64,000 nucleotides of DNA from Vicinamibacteria bacterium (GTDB lineage: Bacteria > Acidobacteriota > Vicinamibacteria > Marinacidobacterales > Marinacidobacteraceae), in contig OZ244068.1 of NCBI GenBank assembly GCA_965215615.1, forward strand, positions 2,558,504 to 2,622,503, read 5' to 3'. The position numbers were made by a program, and so were the translations under genes. Under the pieces are notes generated by a model, which was not told the origin of the DNA, did no database searches, and worked only from the letters and a program-made list of their open reading frames with translations. Of this stretch, positions 16,887-25,776 are shown piece by piece. Positions within the stretch are counted from its first letter, which is position 1. Every line of letters begins with the position of its first letter.

Positions 16887-17936
16887 TCAACCTCGGCGCG
16901 GGGCAGTACACAGGAGCTTCGAGAAGAAGTCCGTCTCGCTCGTGGCCTCGGTGGCCGCGGCAACCACGGCTTCGTCGGAAGCGGCGGCGAGGTCCTTCAT
17001 GCGCTCCGCCGGCCAGCCAGCCGACGAAATCTCGATGTTCCGGGAAGCCAGCATCGTCCGCACCAGCGCCGCACGCCCTTCTACGAACCCTTCCGTGCGT
17101 CCTTCTACGAACCCTTCCGTGCGTCCTTTCGCGAACCCTTCCGCGAGCGTCACGCCGAGCAGCGGATCGTCCTCGGAGCGGGTTCCCTCGCGGTCGCCGA
17201 GCATCCGACCCACCCGTCGCAGCACTTCGGTCGTGGTCGCCGAGATCGTCTTCTCGTTCAGGGCGCGGTGGATTTCGGTCGCCGTCCAGCCCGGAAACGC
17301 CCGGCTCGCTTTCGATTGGACGAACTGGCCCTCCTCCAGCAGGTAGATCCGAAGCTCCGGCCGGAGTCCCGAGCGCCGCCGCGGGAACTCCGCATCCGGA
17401 ACTTCCACCCAAAGCTCCGGAAAGCCCCACTCCTCGTACAGCTTCGCCTTGTCGCGACGGGTGTCCCGGGTGATGTCCACCTCCAGCACCACGTCCGGAT
17501 ACGGATCCCTCCCGACGCTCAGAAACCTCCCGTTCCCGGACACTCGCGAAGGACCCAGGAAGATCAACTGATCGGGGCACATGACGCGCACGAAACCGGT
17601 TGCCGGGTTCCGCACCCGGAGCTGGCCCGAGCCGCCGAAGGCCATCGGAGCACCCCGCACCATCGCGATCCTCTCCGCGAGGACGGCGAGACGCACTCCC
17701 GGTTGCTCGTGGGTGAGGCTCGGCCCATCCTCTGCCATCCAGGCGAGACCCGACTCCGAATCGAAGAACTCGATCTTGCGGTCGTCTTCCGGGAGCGCGT
17801 CGTACTCGGCGAGCGTCATCCGCTGCGACACGCAACCCGCGAACTCCAGCTCCGAAACGGACGACCAGCGCGAACGGCGACGCGCTCGCTTGGAGGCCCT
17901 TTGGGGGGCCTTTTGTGGAGCTACGGCCGTCTCCAT
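16887..17936 (-). CDS. Uma2-family (DUF820) restriction-endonuclease-like protein with C-terminal EG/KG-repeat region and DUF4351-like tail, tandem copy A (349 aa; 3 repeat units)
   Basis: …MTLAEYDALPEDDRKIEFFDSESGLAWMAEDGPSLTHEQ…YPDVVLEVDITRDT…KAKLYEEWGFPELWVEVPDAE… are Uma2 hallmarks. The C-terminus has (GRTEGFVE)x3. The likely true start is the internal MTLAEY Met. Confidence 0.7.
   Translation of the reverse strand: METAVAPQKAPQRASKRARRRSRWSSVSELEFAGCVSQRMTLAEYDALPEDDRKIEFFDSESGLAWMAEDGPSLTHEQPGVRLAVLAERIAMVRGAPMAFGGSGQLRVRNPATGFVRVMCPDQLIFLGPSRVSGNGRFLSVGRDPYPDVVLEVDITRDTRRDKAKLYEEWGFPELWVEVPDAEFPRRRSGLRPELRIYLLEEGQFVQSKASRAFPGWTATEIHRALNEKTISATTTEVLRRVGRMLGDREGTRSEDDPLLGVTLAEGFAKGRTEGFVEGRTEGFVEGRAALVRTMLASRNIEISSAGWPAERMKDLAAASDEAVVAAATEATSETDFFSKLLCTAPRRG
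17077..17148. repeat. 24-bp in-frame tandem repeat (ccttctacgaacccttccgtgcgt) x3 in Uma2 copy A (x2 in copy C at ~19087-19134, x1 in copy B)
   Basis: Visible directly. It encodes the (E)GFVEGRT units. Confidence 0.8.
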
Positions 17937-17938
17937 CG

Positions 17939-18919
17939 CTACCGGAGCCTCGAGAAGAAGTCCGTTTCGCTCGTGGCCGCGGTGGCCGCGGCAACCACGG
18001 CTTCGTCGGAAGCGGCGGCGAGGTCCTTCATGCGCTCCGCCGGCCAGCCAGCCGACGAAATCTCGATGTTCCGGGAAGCCAGCATCGTCCGCACCAGCGC
18101 CGCACGCCCTTTCGCACGCCCTTCCGCGAGCGTCGCGCCGAGCAGCGGATCGTCCTCGGAGCGGGTTCCCTCGCGGTCACCGAGCACCCGACCCACCCGT
18201 CGCAGCACTTCGGTCGTGGTCGCCGAGATCGTCTTCTCGTTCAGGGCGCGGTGGATTTCGATCGCCGTCCAGCCCGGAAACGCCCGGCTCGCTTTCGATT
18301 GGACGAAATGGCCTTCCTCCAAGAGATATATCCGTAGCTCCGGCCGGAGTCCCGAGCGCCGCCGCGGGAACTCCGCATCCGGAACTTCCACCCAAAGCTC
18401 CGGAAAGCCCCACTCCTCGTACAGCTTCGCCTTGTCGCGCCGGGTGTCCCGGGTGATGTCCACCTCCAGCACCACGTCCGGATACGGATCCCTCCCGACG
18501 CTCAGAAACCTCCCGTTCCCGGACACTCGCGAAGGATCCAGGAAGATCAACTGATCGGGGCACATGACGCGCACGAAACCGGTTGCCGGGTTCCGCACCC
18601 GGAGCTGGCCCGAGCCGCCGAAGGCCATGGGAGCACCCCGCACCATCGCGATCTGTTGCGCGAGGACGGCGAGACGCACTCCCGGCTGCTCGTGGGTGAG
18701 GCTCGGCCCATCCTCTGCCATCCAGGCGAGACCCGACTCCGAATCGAAGAACTCGATCTTGCGGTCGTCTTCCGGGAGCGCGTCGTACTCGGCGAGCGTC
18801 ATCCGCTGCGACACGCAACCCGCGAACTCCAGCTCCGAAACGGACGACCAGCGCGAACGGCGACGCGCCCGCTTGGAGGCCCTTTGGGGGGCCTTTTGTG
18901 GAGCTACGGCCGTCTCCAT
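17939..18919 (-). CDS. Uma2-family endonuclease-like protein, tandem copy B (326 aa; 1 repeat unit)
   Basis: About 97% identical to copy A. Its start codon lies 3 nt from the stop of copy C, and its own stop lies 3 nt from the start of copy A. Confidence 0.7.
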   Translation of the reverse strand: METAVAPQKAPQRASKRARRRSRWSSVSELEFAGCVSQRMTLAEYDALPEDDRKIEFFDSESGLAWMAEDGPSLTHEQPGVRLAVLAQQIAMVRGAPMAFGGSGQLRVRNPATGFVRVMCPDQLIFLDPSRVSGNGRFLSVGRDPYPDVVLEVDITRDTRRDKAKLYEEWGFPELWVEVPDAEFPRRRSGLRPELRIYLLEEGHFVQSKASRAFPGWTAIEIHRALNEKTISATTTEVLRRVGRVLGDREGTRSEDDPLLGATLAEGRAKGRAALVRTMLASRNIEISSAGWPAERMKDLAAASDEAVVAAATAATSETDFFSRLR

Positions 18920-18921
18920 CG

Positions 18922-19923
18922 CTACCGGAGCCTCAGGAAGAAGTCCGCCTCGCTCGTGGCACCGGTGGCCGCGGCCACGACGGCTTCGTCGGAAGCGGCG
19001 GCGAGATCTCTCATCAGGTCTGCCGACCAGCCAGCCGACGAAACCCCGATGTTCCGCGAAGCCAGCATCGTCCGCACCAGCGCCGCACGCCCTTCTACGA
19101 ACCCTTCCGTGCGTCCTTTCGCGAACCCTTCCGCGAGCGTCACGCCGAGCAGCGGATCGTCCTCGGAGCGGGTTCCCTCGCGGTCGCCGAGCATCCGCCC
19201 CACCCGTCGCAGCACTTCGGTCGTGGTCGCCGAGATCGTCTTCTCGTTCAGGGCGCGGTGGATTTCGATCGCCGTCCAGCCCGGAAACGCCCGGCTCGCT
19301 TTCGATTGGACGAACTGGCCCTCCTCCAAGAGATAGATCCGAAGCTCCGGCCGGAGTCCCGAGCGCCGCCGCGGGAACTCCGCATCCGGAACTTCCACCC
19401 AAAGCTCCGGAAAGCCCCACTCCTCGTACAGCTTCGCCTTGTCGCGACGGGTGTCCCGGGTGATGTCCACCTCCAGCACCACGTCCGGATACGGATCCCT
19501 CCCGACGCTCAGAAACCTCCCGTTCCCGGACACTCGCGAAGGATCCAGGAAGATCAACTGATCGGGGCACATGACGCGCACGAAACCGGTTCCCGGGTTC
19601 CGCACCCGGAGCTGGCCCGAGCCGCCGAAGGCCATGGGAGCACCCCGCACCATCGCGATCTGTTGCGCGAGGACGGCGAGACGCACTCCCGGCTGCTCGT
19701 GGGTGAGGCTCGGCCCATCCTCTGCCATCCAGGCGAGACCCGACTCCGAGTCGAAGAACTCGATCTTGCGGTCGTCTTCCGGGAGCGCGTCGTACTCGGC
19801 GAGCGTCATCCGCTGCGACACGCAACCCGCGAACTCCAGCTCCGAAACGGACGACCAGCGCGAACGGCGACGCGCCCTTTCGGGAACCACCGCCGCGTCC
19901 ACTACCGCCACCACTCCAGCCAT
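18922..19923 (-). CDS. Uma2-family endonuclease-like protein, tandem copy C (333 aa; 2 repeat units; divergent N- and C-termini)
   Basis: Same family hallmarks. The N-terminus is MAGVVAVVDAAV… instead of METAVAPQ…. The ORF-track extension to 20049 is rejected. Confidence 0.65.
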   Translation of the reverse strand: MAGVVAVVDAAVVPERARRRSRWSSVSELEFAGCVSQRMTLAEYDALPEDDRKIEFFDSESGLAWMAEDGPSLTHEQPGVRLAVLAQQIAMVRGAPMAFGGSGQLRVRNPGTGFVRVMCPDQLIFLDPSRVSGNGRFLSVGRDPYPDVVLEVDITRDTRRDKAKLYEEWGFPELWVEVPDAEFPRRRSGLRPELRIYLLEEGQFVQSKASRAFPGWTAIEIHRALNEKTISATTTEVLRRVGRMLGDREGTRSEDDPLLGVTLAEGFAKGRTEGFVEGRAALVRTMLASRNIGVSSAGWSADLMRDLAAASDEAVVAAATGATSEADFFLRLR

Positions 19924-19988
19924 GCGGCGATGGTAGCGGATTCCGCTGCATCCTCCGCGATACGCTGCCCGCCCGGAGGTTGCCCCTG

Positions 19989-21701
19989 ATGATGCGAGCC
20001 CTTTTCCCCTTGTTGCTTCTGGTCGCCGCCGGCTGTTCCGGGCCCGCACCGGAGCCCGCCGACCTGGTCCTGCTCTCCGGCAAGGTGGTCACCGTGGATC
20101 CGGAGCGCCCGGAGGCCGAAGCGCTGGCCGCCCGTGGCGGGCGGATCGTGGCCGTCGGCGAGGATCGGGAAATCGAGGACTACATCGGCCCGGACACCGA
20201 GGTGGTGGACCTCGAAGGTCGGCTCGCGATCCCCGGGCTCATCGAGGGACACGGGCACTTCATGGGCATCGGCCGGGCGCAAATGATCCTGAAACTGGGC
20301 GAAGCCGCCAACTGGAACGGGATCGTGGAGATGGTGGCGGAGGCAGCCGCCGAGGCGCCGGCGGGAAGCTGGATCGAAGGACGCGGCTGGCACCAGGAGA
20401 AATGGGACGAACTGCCGGGCGGCGCGGTGGACGGGATGCCGCACCATCTGGGCCTCTCCGAAATCTCGCCGGAACACCCGGTGCTGCTCGGCCACGCGAG
20501 CGGCCATGCGGCGTTCGCCAACGCGCTCGCGATGGAGCTGGCGGGCATCGGGCCGGATACTCCCGATCCGCCGGGAGGCACGATCGTGCGGGACGCGGAC
20601 GGCAATCCGACCGGTGCGCTCCGCGAGACCGCGCAGGGACTGGTCGCGCGCGCCCGGAACCGGGCCATGGCGGAGCGGAGCGAAGCGGAGATACGGGCGG
20701 AGAGAGAGCTTCAGCTCCAGCTCGCGGCGGAGGAGTCGCTCCGCAAGGGGATCACCAGCTTCCACGATGCCGGATCCAGCTTCGCCCTCATCGACTTCTT
20801 CCGGGAGACGGCGGAAGCAGGCGAGCTGCCGGTCCGGCTCTACGTCATGGTGGGGGGAGAATCCAACGAAGAGCTGGACCGGCGGCTTCCCGACTACCTC
20901 ATGGCGAACGGAGCGGACGGGCACCTCACCGTGCGGTCCATCAAGCGGTTCATGGACGGGGCCCTCGGTGCCCACGGTGCCTGGCTGCTCGAACCCTATG
21001 ACGACATGCCGGAGAGCGTCGGGCTCGTGATCGACGAGGTCGAAGAGATCGAGGAGACCGCCCGGATCGCCATCCGGCACGGTTTCCAGGTGGCCACCCA
21101 CGCGATCGGCGACCGGGGCAACCGGGAAGTATTGGACCTCTACGAACGCGCTTTCGGACAGGAGGGGGCCATCGGCCGCGATCTGCGGTTCCGGATCGAG
21201 CACTCCCAGCACATCCACCCCGACGACATCCCGCGCTTCGGGGAGCTCGGGGTGATCGCTTCGATGCAGGCGGTGCACGCCACTTCCGACGGCCCGTGGG
21301 TTCCGGAAAAACTCGGGGAAGAGCGGGCTGCGAGCGGAGCCTACGTCTGGCGGTCGCTGCTCGACACGGGGGCGGTGGTCGCGAACGGAACCGACGCTCC
21401 GGTCGAGGATGTGGACCCGATCCCGAGCTTCCACGCGACGGTCGCCCGCCGCCTCGCCGACGGGAGCCAGTTCTATCCGGAACAGGCGCTTTCCCGGGAA
21501 GAAGCCCTGTATTCGTACACGATGGCGAACGCCTTCGCCGCTTTCGAGGAAGACGTGAAGGGCAGCCTGACCCCCGGAAAATATGCCGACATTACGGTCC
21601 TCAGCCGGGACATCATGACCATCCCGGAGGAAGAGATCCCCGGAACGACGGTGTGGATGACGATCGTCGGGAGCGAGATCCGGTACCTTGCGGAACCGTG
21701 A
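19989..21701 (+). CDS. Amidohydrolase-family (amidohydrolase_3 / YtcJ-like) metal-dependent hydrolase, lipoprotein
   Basis: MMRALFPLLLLVAAGCS signal plus lipobox with a GGAGG RBS 9 nt upstream. Carries …GLIEGHGHFMG… (HxH metal-binding motif) and …HAIGDRGN…. Confidence 0.8.
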   Translation: MMRALFPLLLLVAAGCSGPAPEPADLVLLSGKVVTVDPERPEAEALAARGGRIVAVGEDREIEDYIGPDTEVVDLEGRLAIPGLIEGHGHFMGIGRAQMILKLGEAANWNGIVEMVAEAAAEAPAGSWIEGRGWHQEKWDELPGGAVDGMPHHLGLSEISPEHPVLLGHASGHAAFANALAMELAGIGPDTPDPPGGTIVRDADGNPTGALRETAQGLVARARNRAMAERSEAEIRAERELQLQLAAEESLRKGITSFHDAGSSFALIDFFRETAEAGELPVRLYVMVGGESNEELDRRLPDYLMANGADGHLTVRSIKRFMDGALGAHGAWLLEPYDDMPESVGLVIDEVEEIEETARIAIRHGFQVATHAIGDRGNREVLDLYERAFGQEGAIGRDLRFRIEHSQHIHPDDIPRFGELGVIASMQAVHATSDGPWVPEKLGEERAASGAYVWRSLLDTGAVVANGTDAPVEDVDPIPSFHATVARRLADGSQFYPEQALSREEALYSYTMANAFAAFEEDVKGSLTPGKYADITVLSRDIMTIPEEEIPGTTVWMTIVGSEIRYLAEP

Positions 21702-22090
21702 CGCGGATCGGGGTCTATGGAACCCTCAAGCGGGGAGAAGCGAACGCGCGGCTCCTCCGCGGGGCGCGCTTCGTGGGTGGCACGAAGGTCCACGCGCCTT
21801 ACCGGCTCCACGGAAACCGTGAATACCCGATGCTCACACCGAGTGCGGAGATCCATCCGCTCTTCGTCGAAATCTACCTGGTGGACCGGCCGCTGCTCGA
21901 AGCGCTCGACCGCTTCGAAGGGCGTTTCGGCTACCGCCGGGTCACAGTGATGCCCGAAGGGGGTGAGACGCCGCTCGACCTCTACGTCCACCCGGGGCCT
22001 CCGCCTCCGGGATTCGAGCCGAAACCGGAGGGCGACTGGAACGGGGATCCCCCGGCTTTCGCGGAAGCGCTGCGGCGGGTGAGCCGGTAG
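21698..22090 (+). CDS. Gamma-glutamylcyclotransferase-like (AIG2/GGCT fold) protein
   Basis: GTG start overlapping the preceding stop (GTGA). The N-terminal IGVYGTLKRGE is a GGCT-family signature. Confidence 0.6.
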   Translation: MTRIGVYGTLKRGEANARLLRGARFVGGTKVHAPYRLHGNREYPMLTPSAEIHPLFVEIYLVDRPLLEALDRFEGRFGYRRVTVMPEGGETPLDLYVHPGPPPPGFEPKPEGDWNGDPPAFAEALRRVSR

Positions 22091-22102
22091 CATCCCGCGC
22101 CC

Positions 22103-22936
22103 ATGCGACTCACCACTCTCGAACTTGCGGACGGCCGTGCTCTCGCCGAAGCGGGCAGCGACGGCTCCTTCCGGCTGCTCGACCCGTCCTTCGGGGGCGA
22201 TCTCGCTGCGCTGCTCGCAAAAGGAGAGCGACCCGGGGCGGGCCGCGACCCGGTGGAGGGTTTCCGCTTCGCCCCGCTGATCCCCCGGCCGGGGGCGATC
22301 TGGTGCGTGGGCCTGAACTACGAGGACCACCGCCTCGAAACCGGCCGTGCCAAGGCCGACTGGCCGACCCTTTTCACCCGGTTCCCGGTCTGCCTCGTCG
22401 GGCACCGGGAAAAACTGGTCGCGCCCGAGGCCTCGGAGCAACTGGACTACGAGGGAGAACTCGCGGTCGTCATCGGGAAGCCCGGCCGCCACATCGAGGA
22501 GGCCAAAGCACTCGACCACGTGGCGGGATATGCCTGTTTCAACGATGCCTCTGTCCGGGATTTCCAGTCGCACAGCAGCCAGTTCGGGCCGGGAAAGAAC
22601 TTCTGGCGCACCGGCGCTTTTGGTCCCTGGCTCGTGACCGCCGACGAAATCCCGGACCCGCAGACGCTCGCCATCGAGACCCGGTTGAACGGCGAGGTCA
22701 TGCAGCAAAGCCACACCAGCCGGATGACCTGGACGGTTCGCGAACTCATCGCCTACCTCTCGCGAATCACTCCGCTTCAGACCGGAGACGTGATCGCGAC
22801 CGGGACTCCGTCCGGGGTGGGAGTCGCCCGCGACCCGCAGGTATTCCTGCGGCCGGGTGACCGGGTGGAAGTGGAGATCGAGGGAATCGGAGTGCTCGCG
22901 AACGGCGTGGTGGCAGAACGAGACGCGATTCAGTAG
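22103..22936 (+). CDS. Fumarylacetoacetate-hydrolase (FAH) family protein (2-keto-4-pentenoate hydratase / oxaloacetate decarboxylase-like)
   Basis: 277 aa. FAH-family motifs are present (…IWCVGLNYEDH…EGELAVVIG…NDASVRDFQ…GDVIATGTPSGVG…). Confidence 0.8.
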   Translation: MRLTTLELADGRALAEAGSDGSFRLLDPSFGGDLAALLAKGERPGAGRDPVEGFRFAPLIPRPGAIWCVGLNYEDHRLETGRAKADWPTLFTRFPVCLVGHREKLVAPEASEQLDYEGELAVVIGKPGRHIEEAKALDHVAGYACFNDASVRDFQSHSSQFGPGKNFWRTGAFGPWLVTADEIPDPQTLAIETRLNGEVMQQSHTSRMTWTVRELIAYLSRITPLQTGDVIATGTPSGVGVARDPQVFLRPGDRVEVEIEGIGVLANGVVAERDAIQ

Positions 22937-23919
22937 CCGAGCTTCGTCCGGACCCGGTTCCGGAGCGGCTTCCCGGCGAGGTAGCGGGCCAGGTTCCCGA
23001 ACGCGATCCGGAACACCAGCGGGACGTAGTTCTCGATGTCATCGGCTCCCACGTGGGGGGTCAGAATCAGGTTCGGCGCGTCCCAGAGCGGGCCCTCCGG
23101 AGGGTGCGGCTCCGGCCATGCCACGTCGAGGAACGCGCCCCCCAGTTGGCCGGAGCGGAGCGCCTCGACGAGCGCCGGCTGCGCGATGAGCCGGCCGCGG
23201 CCCAGATTCACCACCCCGGCTCCCCGCGGCAGCAGCGCGATCTCCGCCGCACCGAGAAGCCCTTCGGTCTCGGCGGTGAGCGGCGCGGCGAGGATCACGA
23301 AGTCGGCTTCCGGAAGCACGGCGCGGAGTTCCGGGAAGGCGTGTACCCGATCCGCCAGACGGTGAGGGCGCAGCGTTCGCCGCACTCCCAGCACCCGCAT
23401 CCCCAGTGTTTTTGCGGCGCGGGCCGCGCCGGTCCCGACCGCGCCGAGGCCGACGACGAGGGCTGTCCGTCCCGGCAGGGTTCCCGTCTGGATCTTCGCC
23501 CACTTCCGCTCCCGCTGATACTCGATCAAGCGCGGCAGCTTCGTGAAGAGGGCGACGAGCGCCATCAGCGTGTATTCGAAGGATTTACCGGTGTGGACCC
23601 CGCTCGCGTTCGTGAGCCGCACTCCGGGAGGAAGCCAGTCGAGCGGATACAGATGATCCACACCGGCCCCGATGAGCTGGATCCATCGGAGACGGGGAGC
23701 CCGGGTTTCGAGATCCGGTCGCGGAAATTTCCAGCCGATGAGCACTTCGGCATCGCGGACCCCGCGGAGGAATCCATCCTCGCCATCGGAGAACGAGGGG
23801 ACGAGGCGCTCGAAGGTCTCCGGAAACTCGCGCCCGACGGCCTCGAACCGGGCGCGATCCAGTTTGTAGTGTCTCGACTCGGAAGCGTCGCTCGCCAAGT
23901 GAACCCTGAGAACCGTCAT
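22930..23919 (-). CDS. D-isomer-specific 2-hydroxyacid dehydrogenase (NAD-binding)
   Basis: Starts MTVLRVH. Carries an NAD-binding GLGAVG motif and catalytic R/E/H region (…LTPHVG…). The ORF-track start at 23979 is rejected. Confidence 0.8.
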   Translation of the reverse strand: MTVLRVHLASDASESRHYKLDRARFEAVGREFPETFERLVPSFSDGEDGFLRGVRDAEVLIGWKFPRPDLETRAPRLRWIQLIGAGVDHLYPLDWLPPGVRLTNASGVHTGKSFEYTLMALVALFTKLPRLIEYQRERKWAKIQTGTLPGRTALVVGLGAVGTGAARAAKTLGMRVLGVRRTLRPHRLADRVHAFPELRAVLPEADFVILAAPLTAETEGLLGAAEIALLPRGAGVVNLGRGRLIAQPALVEALRSGQLGGAFLDVAWPEPHPPEGPLWDAPNLILTPHVGADDIENYVPLVFRIAFGNLARYLAGKPLRNRVRTKLGY

Positions 23920-23969
23920 GCCCGATCGGGCGAAGGGTATCCGGTGCCGGTTTCCGGCAGAATGCCCGC

Positions 23970-25709
23970 ATGACCCCAACCGAAACCTCCCGACTCGCCT
24001 CCAATCGCCGCCGCTTCCTCGCCGGGCTCTCGGCGCTCGGGCTCGGCTCCACCCTGCTTCCCGGAACGCTCACCGCCTGCGCCGGGGAAGCTTCCGAAGT
24101 CACGATGGACATGCTCCGGAAGGCGCAGTCGCTCGCCGGGCTCTCGTTCACCGACGAAGAGCTCGCCCCGGTCCTCGAACGGCTGAACCGGGAAACCAGC
24201 TTCGTGGACAGTTTCCGGGCGAACCGGGTTCCCGAGCTCGGGAACCACGAACCTCCGTCGTTCGTTTTCGACCCGCTGCCTCCGGGGAAGACGGTGCCGG
24301 CGACCCGGGCCGGGATACGTCCTTCGCGGCCCGAAGAACCCCGGCCGGCCACCGACGAGGATCTCGCCTACCTGCCGGTGACCCACCTCGCCCGGCTGAT
24401 CGAAAAACGCGAGGTGACCTCCACCGAGCTGACCCGCATCTATCTGGATCGCCTCCGGCGCTTCGATCCGGAGCTTCACTGCGTCGTCCAGTTGACCGAG
24501 GAGATCGCGCTGCGGCAGGCGGCGCAGGCGGACGAAGAGATCGCCGCCGGCGACTACCGCGGCCCCCTTCACGGGATCCCGTGGGGAGCGAAGGATCTGC
24601 TCGCGGTGCGGGGCACGAAGACCACCTGGGGCGCTTCGCCCTACCGGGAGCGGGAAATCGACGAAGATGCCACCGTCTTCCGGAAGCTGACCGAGGCCGG
24701 AGCGGTGCTGGTCGCGAAGCTCACGATGGGAGCGCTGGCCCAGGGCGACCGCTGGTTCGGCGGACGGACCCGCAACCCGTGGAACCCCGAGCAGGGTTCG
24801 AGCGGCTCTTCGGCCGGATCCGGTTCGGCGACGGCGGCAGGCCTCGTCGGATTTGCGATCGGCACCGAGACCCGCGGCTCCATCATCTCCCCTTCGACCC
24901 GGAACGGAGTGACCGGACTCCGCCCGACCTTCGGGCGGGTGAGTCGGGCGGGGGCGATGACGCTCTCCTGGACGATGGACAAGATCGGCCCGATGTGCCG
25001 GAGCGCCGAGGACTGCGCTCTGGTACTCGACGCGATTCGTGGAGAAGACGGCCTCGACCGCGCGGTTCGCGACCCCGGCTTTTCCTGGGACGCACAAGCC
25101 GACCCCACCGCGCTCCGGGTCGCCTACGACCGGGAGCAGGTCGAAGACGGGATCGAGGACGACCCCGACGCTCCCGGGCGGGTCGCAGCGAGGCGGGCGA
25201 GCCAGGCCAACACCCGGGCCGCCATCGAGGTACTTCGCGGGTTCGGGGTCTCTCCCGTTCCGCTCGACCTTTCGAACTTCGGCTCGGAGCATCTCGATTT
25301 CGTGCTGGTCACCGAATCGGCCGCTGCCCACGACGCACTCACCCTCAGCGGCGACGACCTGATGATGAAGGAGTCGCCCGAAGAGAGCAGTTGGCCGGAC
25401 AGCTTCCGGCAGCACCGCTTCGTCCCCGCCGTCGAATACATCCAGGCGATGCGGATCCGCACCCGGATCATGCAGCAGTTCGACGAAGTGCTCGGAGATT
25501 TCGACGTGGTGATCGGCTCGCGGCTCGGGCTCACCAACCTGACCGGTCACCCGGAGATATCCCTGCCGAACGGCTACCACGAGGGATCGCCGACCAGTCT
25601 GCGCCTGACCGGCCGGCTCTACGGAGACACCGAAATCCTGACACTCGCCCACGCCTACCAGCAGGCCACTGATTTCCACGAGCGCCGGCCGCCCGGTTTC
25701 GGGAATTGA
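23970..25709 (+). CDS. Amidase-signature family amidase with Tat signal
   Basis: Twin-arginine motif SNRRRFLAGLSALGLG. Carries the amidase-signature stretch GGSSGSSAGSGSATAAGLVGFAIGTETRGSIISP and the Ser-cisSer-Lys catalytic context. Confidence 0.8.
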   Translation: MTPTETSRLASNRRRFLAGLSALGLGSTLLPGTLTACAGEASEVTMDMLRKAQSLAGLSFTDEELAPVLERLNRETSFVDSFRANRVPELGNHEPPSFVFDPLPPGKTVPATRAGIRPSRPEEPRPATDEDLAYLPVTHLARLIEKREVTSTELTRIYLDRLRRFDPELHCVVQLTEEIALRQAAQADEEIAAGDYRGPLHGIPWGAKDLLAVRGTKTTWGASPYREREIDEDATVFRKLTEAGAVLVAKLTMGALAQGDRWFGGRTRNPWNPEQGSSGSSAGSGSATAAGLVGFAIGTETRGSIISPSTRNGVTGLRPTFGRVSRAGAMTLSWTMDKIGPMCRSAEDCALVLDAIRGEDGLDRAVRDPGFSWDAQADPTALRVAYDREQVEDGIEDDPDAPGRVAARRASQANTRAAIEVLRGFGVSPVPLDLSNFGSEHLDFVLVTESAAAHDALTLSGDDLMMKESPEESSWPDSFRQHRFVPAVEYIQAMRIRTRIMQQFDEVLGDFDVVIGSRLGLTNLTGHPEISLPNGYHEGSPTSLRLTGRLYGDTEILTLAHAYQQATDFHERRPPGFGN

Positions 25710-25776
25710 TTCGGGGGCTGATCCGAAAACGGTTGTCGTCCCGGATCGCGGCCGCGACTGTCATACTTCCCCCACC

